From Phycisphaerales bacterium (GTDB lineage Bacteria; Planctomycetota; Phycisphaerae; Sedimentisphaerales; Anaerobacaceae), in NCBI GenBank assembly GCA_039683175.1, contig JBDKRX010000019.1, positions 49,423 through 113,422 of the forward strand: DNA of 64,000 bases. Reading direction: 5' to 3'. The position numbers and the translations under genes are program-made. The notes under the pieces were generated by a model. That model made no database searches, was not told the DNA's origin, and saw only the letters and a program-made list of their open reading frames with translations. Positions 24,157 through 34,708 of this stretch are shown here, piece after piece (position 1 is the stretch's first letter; each line of letters opens with the position of its first letter).

Positions 24157-26241
24157 TCAACTGTTGAAAAAACTGCGAACGATGTCATTGAATGTGACAT
24201 AAACCAGCAGCGCCAGCACGAACATCCAGCCTGCGTAGGCGACGATGCCCTGGGTTCGTTCCGTCAGGGCCGAGCCTTTGATCTTCTCGATGAGCATCAG
24301 GACGATCAATCCGCCGTCGAAGGGGGGCAACGGCAGGAAGTTGACGACCGCGATCGTCGCGCTGATGAGCCCGAGGAAGTAGGCGTAGTACACCATGGGT
24401 TGCTGGTCGACGATCCGATAGCTCAGCGTGATGATTCCCAGCGGGCCCATCAGATTGTCCGGGCCGATCAACCCTTTGAACAGGCGGGCGAGCGTGACAT
24501 AGGTCTGGGCGATGAAGCCCACGGTCCTGCGATAGCCCATCGTGATCGCGTCGACCGGGTTGTCTGCCTGGTAGAGCCGTTCCAGCGGCTTGAAGGGCAC
24601 CGACTCGGCCAACTGGGACCTGACGACGGCAGTCGATTCCTCCGTCCCCGCCGGCAGGGTGACGCCGCCCTCGACGGCCCCGTCGAACTGGTACTGCAAG
24701 GTCACCGGCTGCCCCTCCCACCGCTGGACTTCCGCGATGATATCGAAGAAGCTCGCCACGGTCTTGCCGTTGACACTGATGATTTTCGCCCCGCGTGGAA
24801 TATCCAGACCCGTCGGGTTGCTCTTGGTCGCAATGGCCTTGGCTACCACGGCGTGCTGGGCGTCCAGAACGGGCACGAAACCGATGATGACCCGGTCCTC
24901 GCCCGGCGGCTTGCGGGGTTTCACGGTGAGCGTGATCGTCTGCTCGATGTTGTTGGCATCCGCCCGCAGCACTTTGAGCGACAAGGACTTGCCCTCATGG
25001 CTTGTCGTGATGTCGCGCAGTTCCCTGTACGTGGGGTAGTCGGTGTCTGCGGCTGCGACGATGATGTCCCCGGGCCTCAGATGCTTCGTGTCCTCCTGCG
25101 ACGAGCTGAGATCCTCCTCTTCGCTGACGCCCATGACGCGCAGACGCGGAACCAGAGAACAGACGTTCCCCAGGTCCGCCTCGGAGGGGACCTCCCCATT
25201 CTGTGCTGCGGCCCAATCGAGCGGCAGACTGGTCCGGACGGTCTCGACGCGATCGGCAACCTTCCGCTCGGCGGTGATCTGCACCGTCGGCGTCAGGATC
25301 CGCGCAACGATGTGCTCGAACTGCCAGTGGTGCTCTACCTCGACCCCGTTGACCATCACGATCTTGTCTCCGGGCAGCAGGCCCGTTCGTTTCTGGAGGG
25401 TGTTCGGATCGGAGATTCGTGCGATCGTCAGGCTCTGCGGCTCGACAATCCCGAATTCGCGGACCGTGCGTCCGAGATTCCTGGCGACGAGCGTGGTTTC
25501 GAATTGCGAGTTGTCTGCCCGGCGAATGGTGACCGGGACCTTCTCCTCCGAGCCCGACAGCGCCGCGGCAATCACGATGTCGCTGAAGTCCAGGGCCTTG
25601 CTCTTGCCGTTGATTGCGATGAACTCGTCGCCGGACTGCAAACCGGCCTCTGCCGCCGGCGACCGGGGGGTGATGGTGCCCACCACCGGTGGTGTCAGGT
25701 TGATCCCGACCAGGAAAACGACCATGAAGATGATCGCGGCGCTGATGACGTTGAACGTTACGCCGGCGGCGATGACCGCTATCCGGATCGGCATCGGTTT
25801 CCTCGCAAAGGACCGGGGATCCTCCACCTGCTTGACGGGCCCGGTATCCTCCTGGCCCAGGAGTTTGACGTAGCCCCCGAACGGGAAGATGCCGATGCGG
25901 TACTCCGTCGCCTCGTCCTGTTCCTCGGGCGATTCCTCTTCCTGCTTGCGCAGGAAGGTGGGCAGGACCCGGAACTTGAACCCGGATTGGGTCCTGCGAA
26001 TCCCCAGCAGCGTGGGAGGCATGCAGATGGAGAAGGCTTCGACCTTGATCCCGCCCAGCTTGGCCGTGATGAAATGGCCGAACTCATGCACGAGCACGAC
26101 CGCGCCGAAGCCCAGAAGGACGATGGCGACGTTGCTGACCACACCGATGTTCAGGACGATGAGATAGACAACCACCCCCAGGACAGCGATCCAGAAGGCC
26201 CCGCCGGCCCATTTCGTCCATGACTTCGTCGTTTGCGACAT
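24157..26241 (-). CDS. rseP: RIP site-2 metalloprotease RseP with multiple PDZ domains
   Basis: HEFGHF zinc motif in the first TM region, several PDZ-like repeats (GLQSGDEFIAING, LLPGDKIVMVNG, LRPGDIIVAA), and the C-terminal NFLPLPPFDGG motif. Confidence 0.85.
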   Translation of the reverse strand: MSQTTKSWTKWAGGAFWIAVLGVVVYLIVLNIGVVSNVAIVLLGFGAVVLVHEFGHFITAKLGGIKVEAFSICMPPTLLGIRRTQSGFKFRVLPTFLRKQEEESPEEQDEATEYRIGIFPFGGYVKLLGQEDTGPVKQVEDPRSFARKPMPIRIAVIAAGVTFNVISAAIIFMVVFLVGINLTPPVVGTITPRSPAAEAGLQSGDEFIAINGKSKALDFSDIVIAAALSGSEEKVPVTIRRADNSQFETTLVARNLGRTVREFGIVEPQSLTIARISDPNTLQKRTGLLPGDKIVMVNGVEVEHHWQFEHIVARILTPTVQITAERKVADRVETVRTSLPLDWAAAQNGEVPSEADLGNVCSLVPRLRVMGVSEEEDLSSSQEDTKHLRPGDIIVAAADTDYPTYRELRDITTSHEGKSLSLKVLRADANNIEQTITLTVKPRKPPGEDRVIIGFVPVLDAQHAVVAKAIATKSNPTGLDIPRGAKIISVNGKTVASFFDIIAEVQRWEGQPVTLQYQFDGAVEGGVTLPAGTEESTAVVRSQLAESVPFKPLERLYQADNPVDAITMGYRRTVGFIAQTYVTLARLFKGLIGPDNLMGPLGIITLSYRIVDQQPMVYYAYFLGLISATIAVVNFLPLPPFDGGLIVLMLIEKIKGSALTERTQGIVAYAGWMFVLALLVYVTFNDIVRSFFNS

Positions 26242-26310
26242 CCAAGCACTCCGATAACTGATGATCCACCACTTGTTGATTGACGAACAGCAAGCTCCGT
26301 TCGCATCGGT

Positions 26311-27471
26311 TCATCGACCGACGAGCAACCTGTCCTTGACTTCTCTTCTGGCCCAGGCATCGGCTTCGAGCAATTCCTCGAGCGACGTGGTCTGTCTGAC
26401 GCTGTGGCGGCTAAGACAATGTTCGATCAGTTCCACGATTTGCAGGAATCGGATCCTGCCGGCAAGAAACTCCTCGACGGCTGTCTCATTGGCGCCGTTG
26501 AATACGGCGGCCGCCGTGCCGCCCATCCGGGCCACCTCGTACGCCAACGGCAGCGTCCGGAACGTCTGGAAATCGGGCTTCTCGAAGTGAAGCCGGCCGA
26601 TCTCCTCCAGTCGCAGGCGTTTCGAGACGCCGGGCACCCGTTGCGGATAGGTCAACGCATATTGTATCGGCAAACACATGTCCGGCTCGCCAAGCTGAGC
26701 AATGACCGAGCCGTCCACGAACTCCACGAGCGAATGCACGATCGACTCCGGATGGATCAGCACCTCGATCTTGTCGACCGGCACGTCGAACAGCCATCGA
26801 GCCTCGATCACCTCCAGAGCCTTGTTCATCATGGTGGCCGAGTCGATGGTGATCTTGGGTCCCATGCTCCAGACCGGATGCGACAGAGCCTGCTCTGGAG
26901 TTACGCCCTCAAGATCGTTGAGGTTCGCCCCGCGGAAGGGCCCGCCGGAGGCGGTGAGGAGGATTCGGTGGACCTCGCGGGCGGAACCGGACTGCATGGC
27001 CTGAAAGACCGCCGAATGCTCGCTGTCCACCGGCAACAGGGTGCTGCCGTGTTCCCTGGCCGTGCGGGTCAGCAACTCGCCCGCGATGACGAGCGGCTCC
27101 TTGTTGGCGATTGCCAGCCGCTTGCCGGTCTGGGCGGCCGCCAGGGCCGAGGGCAACCCGGCGGCACCTACCACCGCCGTGAGCACGGTATCGACCTCAT
27201 CGCACTGCACGAGCTCGGTGAGGCTGTTCGAGCCCGAGAAGATCTCCAGCCCATCGCTGTCTACCCGCGTTCGGAACTGGCCGGTGGACTCTCGGTTCGT
27301 CACGGCGACGTATTTGGGTTTGTATTTTCGGACCTGCTGTGCGAGAAGTTCTACGTTGCGGTGAGCACTGAGTCCTATAACGCGGTATTCGGGCCCGAGG
27401 GCCTCAATCACGCGAAGCGCATTTCGGCCGATCGATCCGGTGGAACCCAGGATGGCGATGCCCCTTGACAT
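26311..27471 (-). CDS. dxr: 1-deoxy-D-xylulose 5-phosphate reductoisomerase
   Basis: ILGSTGSIGRNAL, LAIANKE, VDSEHSA, HPVWSMG. ATG at 27471 (MSRGIAILG) chosen over ORF-track start 27594. Confidence 0.9.
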   Translation of the reverse strand: MSRGIAILGSTGSIGRNALRVIEALGPEYRVIGLSAHRNVELLAQQVRKYKPKYVAVTNRESTGQFRTRVDSDGLEIFSGSNSLTELVQCDEVDTVLTAVVGAAGLPSALAAAQTGKRLAIANKEPLVIAGELLTRTAREHGSTLLPVDSEHSAVFQAMQSGSAREVHRILLTASGGPFRGANLNDLEGVTPEQALSHPVWSMGPKITIDSATMMNKALEVIEARWLFDVPVDKIEVLIHPESIVHSLVEFVDGSVIAQLGEPDMCLPIQYALTYPQRVPGVSKRLRLEEIGRLHFEKPDFQTFRTLPLAYEVARMGGTAAAVFNGANETAVEEFLAGRIRFLQIVELIEHCLSRHSVRQTTSLEELLEADAWARREVKDRLLVGR

Positions 27472-27952
27472 AGATCGAGACTCAGTACGCTCCTTCCGCC
27501 GCGCGGCCGCGTTATTCCCTTGTCGAAACAGGCACTTATGATTGCACGGCAGCCACCCTGAGACAATGCAACCTGCCTGCCGGGGTCCGCCCACGATAAG
27601 AGCGATAGTATGATGAGAATGGGTAAACTGTCAAGCTGAAAGCACTTCCAGGCCAGGGAGAATCGGATTTCGACAATTCGCCGCCGGATCTTCCGGCGGC
27701 GAGTCTGATGGCAATCGTACGTCGCATGGTCGGGCAGTGAGGCTCGATCATGTGGCGCTGCGAGTGGACGGGTCGCGATGTATTTTCCGCTCTTTCGTTT
27801 GACTGGTATTGGGGATCGGACGATATGAGCCCTAATGGCCTGTTTCGACGGGTCCGAAGACGCCGGCAAAGAGTCTGGGGGGGTGTTGTGCCATTCGTCT
27901 GCAAGGCGTGGGATCCTGTCACCGTTGTGGCCACATGTGATTGGGTCTTTGA

Positions 27953-30007
27953 TTGATATACGGGGTTGCCGTGACTGCCAGGAAGATCCTGTCGATTGCG
28001 ATCTTATTGCTCTGGCCGACCATATCCCTATGGGCTGACGCAGAGGGCTTTGCGGACGCCAACCTGGACGAATCGCCTCCGGATGGGGATCTCTTTGACA
28101 TGTCCATCGAGGAGTTGATGGACGTTCGCGTGGACACGGTATACGGTGCGTCGAAACACGTCCAGACGCTCACGGAGGCGCCCGCGTCGGTCACGATTAT
28201 CACCGCCGAGGAGATCCGCAGGTATGGCTATCGGACTCTGGCAGAAATCCTGCGGAGCGCCCCCGGCTTCTACCTCAACTATGACCGAAACTACTACTAC
28301 ATGGGGACGCGGGGGTTCCGGCGGCCGGGGGACTATGACACGCGCATTCTCTTGTTGATCGACGGCCACCGGATCAACAACAACGTCGGCGATGCGCCGA
28401 CGTTTGGCACCGACTTCCTGTTGGATACGGACCTGATCGAGAAGGTGGAGATCATCCGCGGCCCTGGGTCGGCGCTCTACGGCAGCAACGCCGTGCTCGC
28501 CGTGATCAACGTCATTACCAAGCGAGGGAGAGACGTCAAGGGCCTGGAACTATCCGGACGGACCGGCAGTTTCGACACGCAGAAGGCCCGGATCACCTAC
28601 GGTGACCGCTTCGACAAGGGTATTGAACTGCTGCTATCGGCAAGCACGTACAACAGCGATGGTCCGGAACTGTACTTCCAGGAGTTCGACAGCCCCGAGA
28701 CATACAACGGGCATGTGGACAACGACGACGATCAGTTTGACAACCTCGTTGCCCATCTGTCCTGGGGCGACCTCTCGTTTTTGCTCGCCCACACCGGGCG
28801 CGAAAAGGGCATTCCGACGGCGCCCTGGGATGCCGTTTTCGGCGATCCCCGGACAAGGGTTTGGGACGATTCGACGGTGGCGGGTCTGACCTGGACCCGT
28901 GCCCTGTCTGAGCGATACTCCGTGCTTGCTCGCGCGTCATACGGTCACTCCAACTACGACGGACAATACGTCTACGACTACACGGAAGATGAGGACGACC
29001 CCTACATCGTCGTCAACAGGGACTACTGGAAGGGCCGCTGGTGGGAGGGGGAGTTGCAGGTCACCGGCAGCCCGGTCGACAGGCACACAATTACCGCGGG
29101 TACGGAGATCCGCTACAATGCCCGCCAGGATCAGGCCTGCTGGGACGAAGTGGTCTACCTGGACGACTCCAGGCACAGCCACAACTGGGGTGTGTACGTC
29201 CAGGACGAATTCAAGCTGCTGGAGAGATTGACGCTCGTCGGCGGGGTGCGCCACGACGGCTACAGCACATTCGGCGACGCCACGAATCCACGTCTGGCGC
29301 TGATCTACGATCTGTTCGAGGACACGACATTGAAGCTCCTCTACGGCAAGGCGTTCCGTGCGCCGAATGCCTATGAACTGTACTATCACGACGGGGGCTC
29401 CACGCAGAAAGCCGCCATCGATCTGGATCCCGAGAAGATTCAGACCTATGAGGTGGTTCTCGAGCGGCAGTTCAACCGCAATCTCCGCGCGACCGCCAGC
29501 GGTTTCCACTATGTCATGGAGGATCTCATCGACCAGTACACGGATCCGGACGATGGGCTGCTGGTGTTCAGGAACCTCGGCGAGGTCCAGACCCTCGGCG
29601 CCGAGCTGGCCCTGCACGGCCGATGGGATTGCGGCCTGCAATTGCGCGCGAGCTATTCCTACGCGGAGGCCGAGGATCAAGACAGCGGCGAGACCCTGGT
29701 GGATTCGCCCGAGCATCTGGTGAAGTGGAATCTGCTGGTGCCCGTCGTGCGTGACCGGCTCTTTGCCGGCTTGGAGGTCTTCTATGACAGCAAGGCGAAG
29801 ACCCTGGCCGGCGACTACGCCGACGACTTCACACTGACGAACCTGACGGTCACGTACCTGAACGCGTCAAAACGGCTCGAAATCGCTGCCAGCGTGTACA
29901 ACCTCTTCGACGTGGACTATGCATTCCCGGGCTTTGGGGAGCATACCCAGGATACGATCGAACAGGATGGACGGACATTCCGGGTCGGACTGACCTATCG
30001 CTTCTGA
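27953..30007 (+). CDS. TonB-dependent receptor-like outer-membrane beta-barrel, paralog 1
   Basis: Signal peptide and LFDMSIEELMDVRVDTVYGASK. Plug motifs (APASVTIITAEEI, DGHRINN, IEIIRGPGSALYGSNA). Terminal RVGLTYRF. The conserved GTG at 27971 is an alternative start. Confidence 0.8.
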   Translation: MIYGVAVTARKILSIAILLLWPTISLWADAEGFADANLDESPPDGDLFDMSIEELMDVRVDTVYGASKHVQTLTEAPASVTIITAEEIRRYGYRTLAEILRSAPGFYLNYDRNYYYMGTRGFRRPGDYDTRILLLIDGHRINNNVGDAPTFGTDFLLDTDLIEKVEIIRGPGSALYGSNAVLAVINVITKRGRDVKGLELSGRTGSFDTQKARITYGDRFDKGIELLLSASTYNSDGPELYFQEFDSPETYNGHVDNDDDQFDNLVAHLSWGDLSFLLAHTGREKGIPTAPWDAVFGDPRTRVWDDSTVAGLTWTRALSERYSVLARASYGHSNYDGQYVYDYTEDEDDPYIVVNRDYWKGRWWEGELQVTGSPVDRHTITAGTEIRYNARQDQACWDEVVYLDDSRHSHNWGVYVQDEFKLLERLTLVGGVRHDGYSTFGDATNPRLALIYDLFEDTTLKLLYGKAFRAPNAYELYYHDGGSTQKAAIDLDPEKIQTYEVVLERQFNRNLRATASGFHYVMEDLIDQYTDPDDGLLVFRNLGEVQTLGAELALHGRWDCGLQLRASYSYAEAEDQDSGETLVDSPEHLVKWNLLVPVVRDRLFAGLEVFYDSKAKTLAGDYADDFTLTNLTVTYLNASKRLEIAASVYNLFDVDYAFPGFGEHTQDTIEQDGRTFRVGLTYRF

Positions 30008-30035
30008 CCCCACACGACTTCTGATGGGCTCCGTT

Positions 30036-30159
30036 GATCTCGGACCTTGCATCCTGCAACATCCTGCAAGAAGGCTCGTAATCCGGTTCTTCGCTTTTGC
30101 CCCTCCATTCGGCCCGGAGACCGGACGATATGCGCTGCGGCCGCAGAGGGTCTTGCGGC
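30036..30159 (+). promoter_or_regulatory. conserved inter-paralog leader block 1
   Basis: GATCTCGGACCTT..GAAGGCTCGTAATCCGGTT..CTCCATT..GGAGACCGGACGATA..GGCCGCAGAGGGTCTTGCGGC aligns with 32267-32390. Confidence 0.5.
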
Positions 30160-30198
30160 GATGGGTCACTGCCTTTTCGAACGACACACGGAGTTGCT

Positions 30199-32238
30199 GT
30201 GGGTGCCCGGAAGATCCTGTGGATCGTGATTCTGTTGTTTGGGCTGAGCGCCTCGACGCGAGCCGGCGCGGACGGTCTTTCGTCCGTCGAACCGAACGGT
30301 GCATCGGAGGGCGACGATCTCTTCGAGATGTCTATCGAGGAACTGATGGACGTTCGCATCGACACCGTGTATGGCGCCTCGAAACACGCCCAACGGCTTG
30401 ACGACGCGCCCGCGTCGGTCACCGTCGTGACTGCCGAGGAAATCCACAAGTACGGCTATCGTACTCTGGCGGAGATCCTGCGAAGCGCCCCCGGTTTCTA
30501 CATCAACTATGACCGGATCTATCACTCCATAGGAACCCGCGGGTTCCGCAGGCCGGGCGATTTCGACACGCGAATTCTCGTGCTGATCGATGGCCACAGA
30601 GTCAACGAGAACATTGCAGTCGCTCCCCCCGTCGGCGTCGAATTCCCGCTGGACGTGGAACTGATCGAGAAGGTTGAGATCATCCGAGGTCCGGGCTCCT
30701 CGCTCTACGGCAGCAACGCACTGCTTGCGGTCGTCAACGTCATCACCAAACGAGGCGAAGAGATCAACGGCCTGGAAGCGGCCGGCCAGACAGGCAGCTT
30801 CGATGCATACAAAGGCCGGATCACCTACGGCAATCTCCTCGGGAAGGATGTCGATCTGCTGCTGTCTGCAAGCACGTATTCCAGCGACGGTCCAACCCTG
30901 TACTTCAAGGAGTTCGACACGCCTGAAACGAACAACGGCTCGGTGAAAAACGACGACGATCGGTGTGATCGTGCCGTTGCCAACGTATCCTGGGGTGATT
31001 TCTCGTTCATGCTGGTGCATGGCGAGCGGGAAAAGGGTGTCCCCACGGCGCCGTACCATACGGTGTTCGGCGATTCGCGAACGCGGGTCTACAGCGATGG
31101 AACGATGGCCGGCTTGACCTGGACCCGTGAGTTGTCCGAACGCTACACGGTGAAGGCGCGTCTTGCCTATGGCCGCTTCGACTATGATGGACGGTATGCC
31201 GTCGACCATGCGGAAGAACCCGAGGAGCCCGATCTCGCCATCAACGGCGATTCCTGGAGAGGCCGCTGGTGGGAGGGGGAGCTGGAGGTGATGGGCAGCC
31301 CGGTCGAAGGACACACCCTGACCGCCGGCACGGAGTTTCGCTACAACGCCCGACAGGACCAGACCAACTGGAGCGCCGATGTGGTCTATCTGGATGACTC
31401 CAGACACAGCCACAACTGGGGTGTCTACGTTCAGGATGAGATGAGACTGCTCGAGAAGTTGACCTTTGTCGGGGGTGTGCGCCATGACGAGTACCGGACA
31501 TTCGGCGGCTCCACGAACCCTCGCTTGGGGCTGATCTATGATTTCTTTGACCAGACCACGTTGAAGCTTCTCTATGGCCGGGCGTTCCGTGCGCCGTCTG
31601 CCTATGAGTTGTACTACCAGGACGGGGGGCAGAGCCAACAAGCACCCGACGACCTGGAGCCCGAGACGATCCAGACATACGAGGCGATCGTGGAACGGCA
31701 GCTCAACCGCAATCTCCTGGCGACCGCCGGCGGATTCTATTACGTCATGGAGGATCTGATTGACCAGTACCTGGATCCGGCTGACGGATTGCTGGTGTTC
31801 AGGAATCTCGGCGAGGTCCAGGCCGAGGGTATCGAGTTGGCGCTCCGCGGCCGGTGGGAGGGGGGCCTGCAATCCCGCGTGAGCTACTCGTACGTCGAGG
31901 CGAGGGACGAGACCGCCGACGAGGCCCTGGCGAACTCGCCGGAGCACTTGGTGAAGCTGGGTCTCATCAAGCCGGTGGTGCCGGAGCGGCTCTTCGCCGG
32001 GCTCGAGGTCCTCTATGACAGCAAGGCGAAGACCCTGGCCGGCGACTACGCGAACGACTTCACCCTGACGAATCTGACGCTCACGTATGTGAGCGCCTCG
32101 AAACGGCTGGAAATCGCCGCCAGCGTATACAACCTCTTCGACGTGGAGTATGCATTTCCGGGCTCCGGCGGAAACGCCCAGGATGCGATCGAACAGGACG
32201 GACGGACGTTCCGGGTCGGGCTGACCTATCGATTCTGA
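30199..32238 (+). CDS. TonB-dependent receptor-like outer-membrane beta-barrel, paralog 2
   Basis: Same architecture as paralog 1. GTG at 30199 (VGARKILWIVILLFG) is preceded by GGAG and aligns with the starts of the other paralogs. The ORF-track TTG at 30097 is probably too long. Confidence 0.8.
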   Translation: MGARKILWIVILLFGLSASTRAGADGLSSVEPNGASEGDDLFEMSIEELMDVRIDTVYGASKHAQRLDDAPASVTVVTAEEIHKYGYRTLAEILRSAPGFYINYDRIYHSIGTRGFRRPGDFDTRILVLIDGHRVNENIAVAPPVGVEFPLDVELIEKVEIIRGPGSSLYGSNALLAVVNVITKRGEEINGLEAAGQTGSFDAYKGRITYGNLLGKDVDLLLSASTYSSDGPTLYFKEFDTPETNNGSVKNDDDRCDRAVANVSWGDFSFMLVHGEREKGVPTAPYHTVFGDSRTRVYSDGTMAGLTWTRELSERYTVKARLAYGRFDYDGRYAVDHAEEPEEPDLAINGDSWRGRWWEGELEVMGSPVEGHTLTAGTEFRYNARQDQTNWSADVVYLDDSRHSHNWGVYVQDEMRLLEKLTFVGGVRHDEYRTFGGSTNPRLGLIYDFFDQTTLKLLYGRAFRAPSAYELYYQDGGQSQQAPDDLEPETIQTYEAIVERQLNRNLLATAGGFYYVMEDLIDQYLDPADGLLVFRNLGEVQAEGIELALRGRWEGGLQSRVSYSYVEARDETADEALANSPEHLVKLGLIKPVVPERLFAGLEVLYDSKAKTLAGDYANDFTLTNLTLTYVSASKRLEIAASVYNLFDVEYAFPGSGGNAQDAIEQDGRTFRVGLTYRF

Positions 32239-32266
32239 TCGCCTGCAACTTCCGACAAGCCCTGTC

Positions 32267-32390
32267 GATCTCGGACCTTCCATGACGCGACATCGCACTG
32301 GAAGGCCCGTAATCCCGTTCCGCGCCCCGGCTGCTCCATTGCAGGCGGAAACGGGACGATAGGAATTGGGGCCGCAGACGGTCTTGCGGC
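32267..32390 (+). promoter_or_regulatory. conserved inter-paralog leader block 2
   Basis: GATCTCGGACCTT..GAAGGCCCGTAATCCCGTT..CTCCATT..GGAAACGGGACGATA..GGCCGCAGACGGTCTTGCGGC. Confidence 0.5.
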
Positions 32391-32418
32391 CGGGTATGAC
32401 GGTCGTCTGCCGAACGGC

Positions 32419-34473
32419 ATGTATGGGGTGGTTGTGACTGCCGGAAAGACCTTGTGGATTCTGATCCTGTTCCTCGGGCTCAGTGCGTCTGCACGAGCCG
32501 GCGCGGACGGTCTTTCGTCGACGGAACCGAGCCAGGCGGTCCAGGACGAGAGCTTCTTCGACATGTCCATCGAGGAGCTGATGGACGTGCGCATCGATAC
32601 CGTGTATGGTGCCTCGAAACGTGCTCAGCGGCTTGACGAGGCGCCCGCGTCGGCCACCGTGGTGACCGCCGAGGAGATCCGGCGGTACGGCTATCGCACC
32701 CTGGCGGACATCCTCCAGAGCGCCCCAGGTTTCTACATGAACTACGACCGGATGGCCCACTACGTGGGAACCCGAGGGTTCCGCAGGCCGGGCGACTTCG
32801 ACACGCGAATCCTCGTGCTGATCGACGGTCACAAGATGAATGACAGCGTCTCGGGCGCCCCTCCCAGCGGCACGGAGTTCCCGCTTGACGTGGAGCTGAT
32901 CGACAAGGTCGAGATCATTCGCGGTCCGGGCTCCTCGCTCTACGGCAGCAACGCGGTGCTGGCCATCGTCAACGTGATCACCAAGCGGGGCAGCGCGGTC
33001 GACAGCCTGGAATTGAGCGGCCAGACCGGCAGTTTCGACTCGCGGAAAGGCCGGATCACCTACGGCAAGCTCCTCGGAAAGGACGTGGATCTGCTGTTGT
33101 CCGCGAGCACGTATTCCAGCGACGGTCCGACGTTGTACTACCCGGAGTTCGACGCGCCGGAAACGAACGACGGCTGGGTGGACAACGACGATAGTGAGAA
33201 CACCAACCTCGCCGCCGTAGTGTCCTGGGGCGACTTCTCGTTCGATCTGATCCATGCGGATCGCGACAAAGGCATTCCCGTGATCGTGGCCAGCACCGCC
33301 TTCGGCGATTCCCGGACGCGGGCCCTCAGCGAAGGGACGCTGGCCGGCCTGACGTGGACGCGCGACCTCTCCGAACGATACACGGCCATGGCGCGACTTG
33401 TCTACTGCCAGGGGGACACGGACATCCGCCATGCGCTGAACCTCGCTCCGGACGGGGCGGACCCCGTCGTGGTGCTCAATCGCAATTCCTGGATAAGCCG
33501 CTGGTGGGAGGCGGAATTCGGCGTGACCGGCAACCCGGTCGAGGGACACACCGTGACGGTCGGCACGGAGTTCCGCTACGACGCCCGACAGGACCAAAAG
33601 CAGTGGTTTGGAAACGATGTCTATCTGGATTCCTCCGAAGACAGCCGCAGTTGGGGCGTCTACCTTCAGGATGAGGTGAAACTGCTCGAGAAGCTGACCT
33701 TTATTGGGAGCGTCCGACATGATGAGTACGAGACCTGCGGCGGCGCCACGAGTCCGCGTCTGGGACTGATCTATGACGTGTGGGATCAGACGACCTTGAA
33801 GCTTCTCTATGGCGAAGCGTTTCGCGCGCCGTCGGCCTATGAGCTGTACTATGAAAACGCCGCAGGTGGCCAGAAGGCGGCCCACGAACTGGACCCCGGA
33901 CGGATTCAGACGTACGAAGCGATCGTCGAGCATCGGTTCAGCCAACATCTCCAGGCGACCGCCTGCGGATTCCACTACATCTTGAAGGATCTGGTCGACA
34001 CGGTTGTCGATCCGGCCGATGGATTGCTCGTGTTCCAGAATCGGGCCGAAGTGCAGGCCGAAGGCGTCGAGCTGGCGCTGCACGGTCGATGGGAGCAGGG
34101 TCTGCAATCCCGTGTCAGCTACTCGTACGTCGAGGCGCGGGACGAGACCGCCGACGAGACCCTGGTGAACTCGCCGAAGCACCTGGTGAAACTGAACCTG
34201 ATCAAGCCGGTTGTGCCGGAGCGGCTCTTCGCCGGGCTGGAGGTCCTCTACAACAGCAAGGTCAAGACCGTGGCCGGTGAGTACGCGGACGATTTCACGC
34301 TGACGAATCTGACGCTGACCTACACCAGTGTCTCGAAGCGGCTGGAGATCGCCGCCAGTGTATATAACCTCTTCGACGTGGACTATGCGTTCCCGAGTTT
34401 CACAGGGAGCGTTCAGGACACGATCGTGCAGGACGGACGAACGTTCCGGGTCGGGCTGACCTATCGATTCTAA
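32419..34473 (+). CDS. TonB-dependent receptor-like outer-membrane beta-barrel, paralog 3
   Basis: Same architecture. FFDMSIEELMDVRIDTVYGASK, plug motifs, terminal RVGLTYRF. Confidence 0.8.
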   Translation: MYGVVVTAGKTLWILILFLGLSASARAGADGLSSTEPSQAVQDESFFDMSIEELMDVRIDTVYGASKRAQRLDEAPASATVVTAEEIRRYGYRTLADILQSAPGFYMNYDRMAHYVGTRGFRRPGDFDTRILVLIDGHKMNDSVSGAPPSGTEFPLDVELIDKVEIIRGPGSSLYGSNAVLAIVNVITKRGSAVDSLELSGQTGSFDSRKGRITYGKLLGKDVDLLLSASTYSSDGPTLYYPEFDAPETNDGWVDNDDSENTNLAAVVSWGDFSFDLIHADRDKGIPVIVASTAFGDSRTRALSEGTLAGLTWTRDLSERYTAMARLVYCQGDTDIRHALNLAPDGADPVVVLNRNSWISRWWEAEFGVTGNPVEGHTVTVGTEFRYDARQDQKQWFGNDVYLDSSEDSRSWGVYLQDEVKLLEKLTFIGSVRHDEYETCGGATSPRLGLIYDVWDQTTLKLLYGEAFRAPSAYELYYENAAGGQKAAHELDPGRIQTYEAIVEHRFSQHLQATACGFHYILKDLVDTVVDPADGLLVFQNRAEVQAEGVELALHGRWEQGLQSRVSYSYVEARDETADETLVNSPKHLVKLNLIKPVVPERLFAGLEVLYNSKVKTVAGEYADDFTLTNLTLTYTSVSKRLEIAASVYNLFDVDYAFPSFTGSVQDTIVQDGRTFRVGLTYRF

Positions 34474-34708
34474 ACGTCCCCAACCTCCGATAAACTCCGC
34501 CCATTCGGGTCATGTTCCGTGTGATATCCCACGAAATGCCCTCGAATCGGGTTTCCCTTCTTTGCGACTCCATTCGCACCTGAATCTGGTCGATGTTCAC
34601 TCCGAAAGGCCGCTGGCGGTCCGTTCGGCGTGTGTCGGCGAACCACTCGATGCGAGCGGAAGAAGACGAACGATTGACGGTATGGATCGACCCCGTGGTC
34701 ATGACGTA

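Noticed and set aside
27472-27952. Riboswitch or extra gene in the 480-nt divergent region between dxr and receptor paralog 1 (contains the hairpin CGCCGCCGGATCTTCCGGCGGCG).
   Set aside because: I could identify no conserved riboswitch core motifs. The small ORFs there have poor coding bias. Most simply it is a divergent promoter region.
30111-30126. B12-box-like string GGCCCGGAGACCGGAC in the leader of receptor paralog 2, which would suggest a cobalamin riboswitch in front of a TonB-dependent receptor.
   Set aside because: Only this one block resembles the box. The paralogous leader has a degraded version (GGCGGAAACGGGAC). I could not find the other conserved cobalamin-riboswitch elements in the expected order (the only GCCACTG-like string, GTCACTG, lies downstream, not upstream). 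A cmscan with RF00174 would settle it.
30166-34182. 1338-codon ORF on the minus strand spanning two receptor genes. Similar giants occur at 37599-41843 (-), 15628-18372 (-), 58165-60930 (+), 12886-15231 (-), 47812-50082 (-) and 50037-51599 (-).
   Set aside because: They lie antisense to genes with clear family motifs and cross several gene boundaries and repeats. Their translations are Arg/Gly/Pro/Asp-rich with no recognisable domains. Stop-codon depletion on the antisense strand of high-GC genes explains them.
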